Shown here: positions 7,922 through 9,104 of the stretch, one piece after another
Numbering within the stretch: the first letter of the stretch is position 1
Layout of the letters: the number at the start of each line of letters is the position of its first letter
Assembly: GCA_054661495.1 (NCBI GenBank)
Contig: BAAFSQ010000356.1
Span: 1 to 9,104, forward strand
Source of the DNA: Zygophlyctis sp. KS116
Taxonomy: Eukaryota; Fungi; Chytridiomycota
Length of the DNA: 9,104 nt
Reading direction: 5' to 3'
The notes under the pieces: model-generated
The model's database searches: none
Seen by the model: only the letters and a program-made list of their open reading frames with translations
Told to the model about the DNA's origin: nothing
Translations under genes and position numbers: made by a program

Positions 7922-8646
7922 ATGAATCCCGAATAGTAAAATCTATTTTTGACTGACTGATAGTGACTATCTCTTTAAACTTTTACTGATTGGAGATTCC
8001 GGTGTTGGTAAGTCTTGTCTGTTACTTCGATTTGCTGTATTTTACATTTTACATTTTGAAATACTTAGGATGACACGTATACAGAGTCTTACATTTCTAC
8101 AATTGGAGTAGATTTTAAAATCAGAACAATTGAATTAGAAGGGAAAACTGTTAAACTGCAAATTGTAATTTTAATAATTAAGTAAAAAAAGTGGGACACT
8201 GCAGGTCAAGAAAGATTTAGGACTATCACGTCTTCTTATTACAGAGGAGCACATGGAATTATTGTTGTGTATGATGTTACAGATCAGGAAACTTTTTCAA
8301 ATGTAAAACAATGGTTACAGGAAATTGATCGATATGCAAGTGAAGGTGTTAATAAGTTGTTGGTTGGGAATAAAAGTGATTTGGTGAATAAAAAAGTTGT
8401 AGAGTTTAAGACTGCAAAGGTAAATTTTTAAAAAAAGAAATTTTATATTAATAGGATTTTGCTGATCAATTAAGCATTCCATTCTTGGAAACCTCAGCCA
8501 AGAATGCAACAAATGTAGAACAAGCTTTTTTAACAATGGCTAAACAGATTAAAGATAGAATGGGTTCTCCTTCGTCTGGTGTGTCCAAGGACAAGGTTAA
8601 ATTGGAAGGAAAGTCTGTTAATGTCAAGGGTGAGGGTTGTTGTTAA
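7922..8646 (+). CDS. YPT1: Rab1/Ypt1 small GTPase (200 aa, 5 exons); missed by the ORF track
   Basis: Exons 7922-7935, 7964-8036, 8069-8164, 8192-8419 and 8455-8646 (603 nt), with introns of 28, 32, 27 and 35 nt. Protein reads [83 protein letters not shown]...GNKSD...ETSAK...GCC*, with all G-boxes and the CC prenylation motif. Confidence 0.98.
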
Positions 8647-8647
8647 A

Positions 8648-9017
8648 ATGATTACTGTCACAATTCGAATTATTAAAAGCTTTGAGTATCGAAACTTTAA
8701 AAATATAATTCTACATATTGATCCATTAATGACTGTCCAAGAGTTGAAGGTTGAAATAATGAAAAAGTTGCCAAAAGGCTTAAATAATATAAATTATGAT
8801 ACTCTTAAAATTTATGTAAAGGCTCATGGATCTAAAACTTCAAATTTGATTATAAACTTGGATAATCAAGGAATGTTGGATGATTTAAAGACTTTAGAGT
8901 CTCAAGGTTTGAGAATTAGGTTTAAAAGGATTAGGGGTTGAAAATGAAACTGAACTTTCATTCTTTGTTTTATGTGATTATCAAAAATTTAAAGAGAATC
9001 CAGTTACAAAGTGGTAA
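8648..9017 (+). CDS. UPF0538 / C2orf76-family (DUF2340) ubiquitin-like protein (113 aa, 2 exons)
   Basis: Exons 8648-8906 and 8935-9017, with a 28-nt intron at 8907-8934. MITVTIRIIKSFEYRNFKN...YDTLKIYVKAHGSKTSNLIINLD...GVENETELSFF...DYQKFKENPVTKW* follows the family pattern ITVR.IRSFE.RN / YD.LKI...AH.SKT / ETE..FF / NP...W. Confidence 0.88.
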
Positions 9018-9104
9018 TGCGGCATTCCATGTTTTTATACCAGTTGGCAGTAAGTCTGTAACTAGAAATTTCATTAGGAATTTTAGCAACTTTTGCAATT
9101 TCAG
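9004..9104 (-). CDS. Probable 3' end of a convergent gene entering from outside the window (...EIAKVAKIPNEISSYRLTANWYKNMECRITTL*)
   Basis: Open minus-strand frame from the window edge (codon at 9102) to TAA at 9006-9004, with protein-like composition. Only 32 codons are visible. Confidence 0.4.
   Translation of the reverse strand, partial: EIAKVAKIPNEISSYRLTANWYKNMECRITTL

Noticed and set aside
8315-8536. Minus-strand 73-aa ORF
   Set aside because: Antisense to YPT1 exons 4-5.
8579-8647. N-terminal extension of UPF0538 from GTG 8579, or a Ypt1-UPF0538 readthrough fusion
   Set aside because: The extension is the alternative frame of YPT1's last exon. Family conservation starts at ATG 8648, and readthrough of the YPT1 TAA is out of frame and soon hits another stop.

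Overview
AT-rich, extremely gene-dense eukaryotic DNA, most consistent with an early-diverging (chytrid-like) fungus; the taxon is inferred from the Crinkler gene, fungal-type Ypt1/symplekin and tiny introns. The supplied ORF track is fragmented because genes are split by about 20 very short GT-AG introns (25-35 nt), which I reconstructed by hand. Gene order: probable last exon of an upstream gene (+), symplekin/Pta1 (+, 11 exons, ~1078 aa), a Crinkler (CRN)-type protein with a C-terminal kinase (-) preceded by a decaying 31-33 bp tandem repeat, a two-HMG-box Abf2/TFAM-like protein (-), an intact but apparently catalytically dead ribonucleotide reductase small-subunit paralogue (-), Ypt1/Rab1 (+), a UPF0538/C2orf76-family gene starting 1 nt after the Ypt1 stop (+), and probably the 3' end of a convergent gene overlapping it (-). 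The main points of interest are the pseudo-R2 subunit (4 of 6 iron ligands and the radical tyrosine lost, R1-binding tail kept), operon-like same-strand spacing of 1 and 32 nt, the micro-intron system, and the CRN kinase locus.
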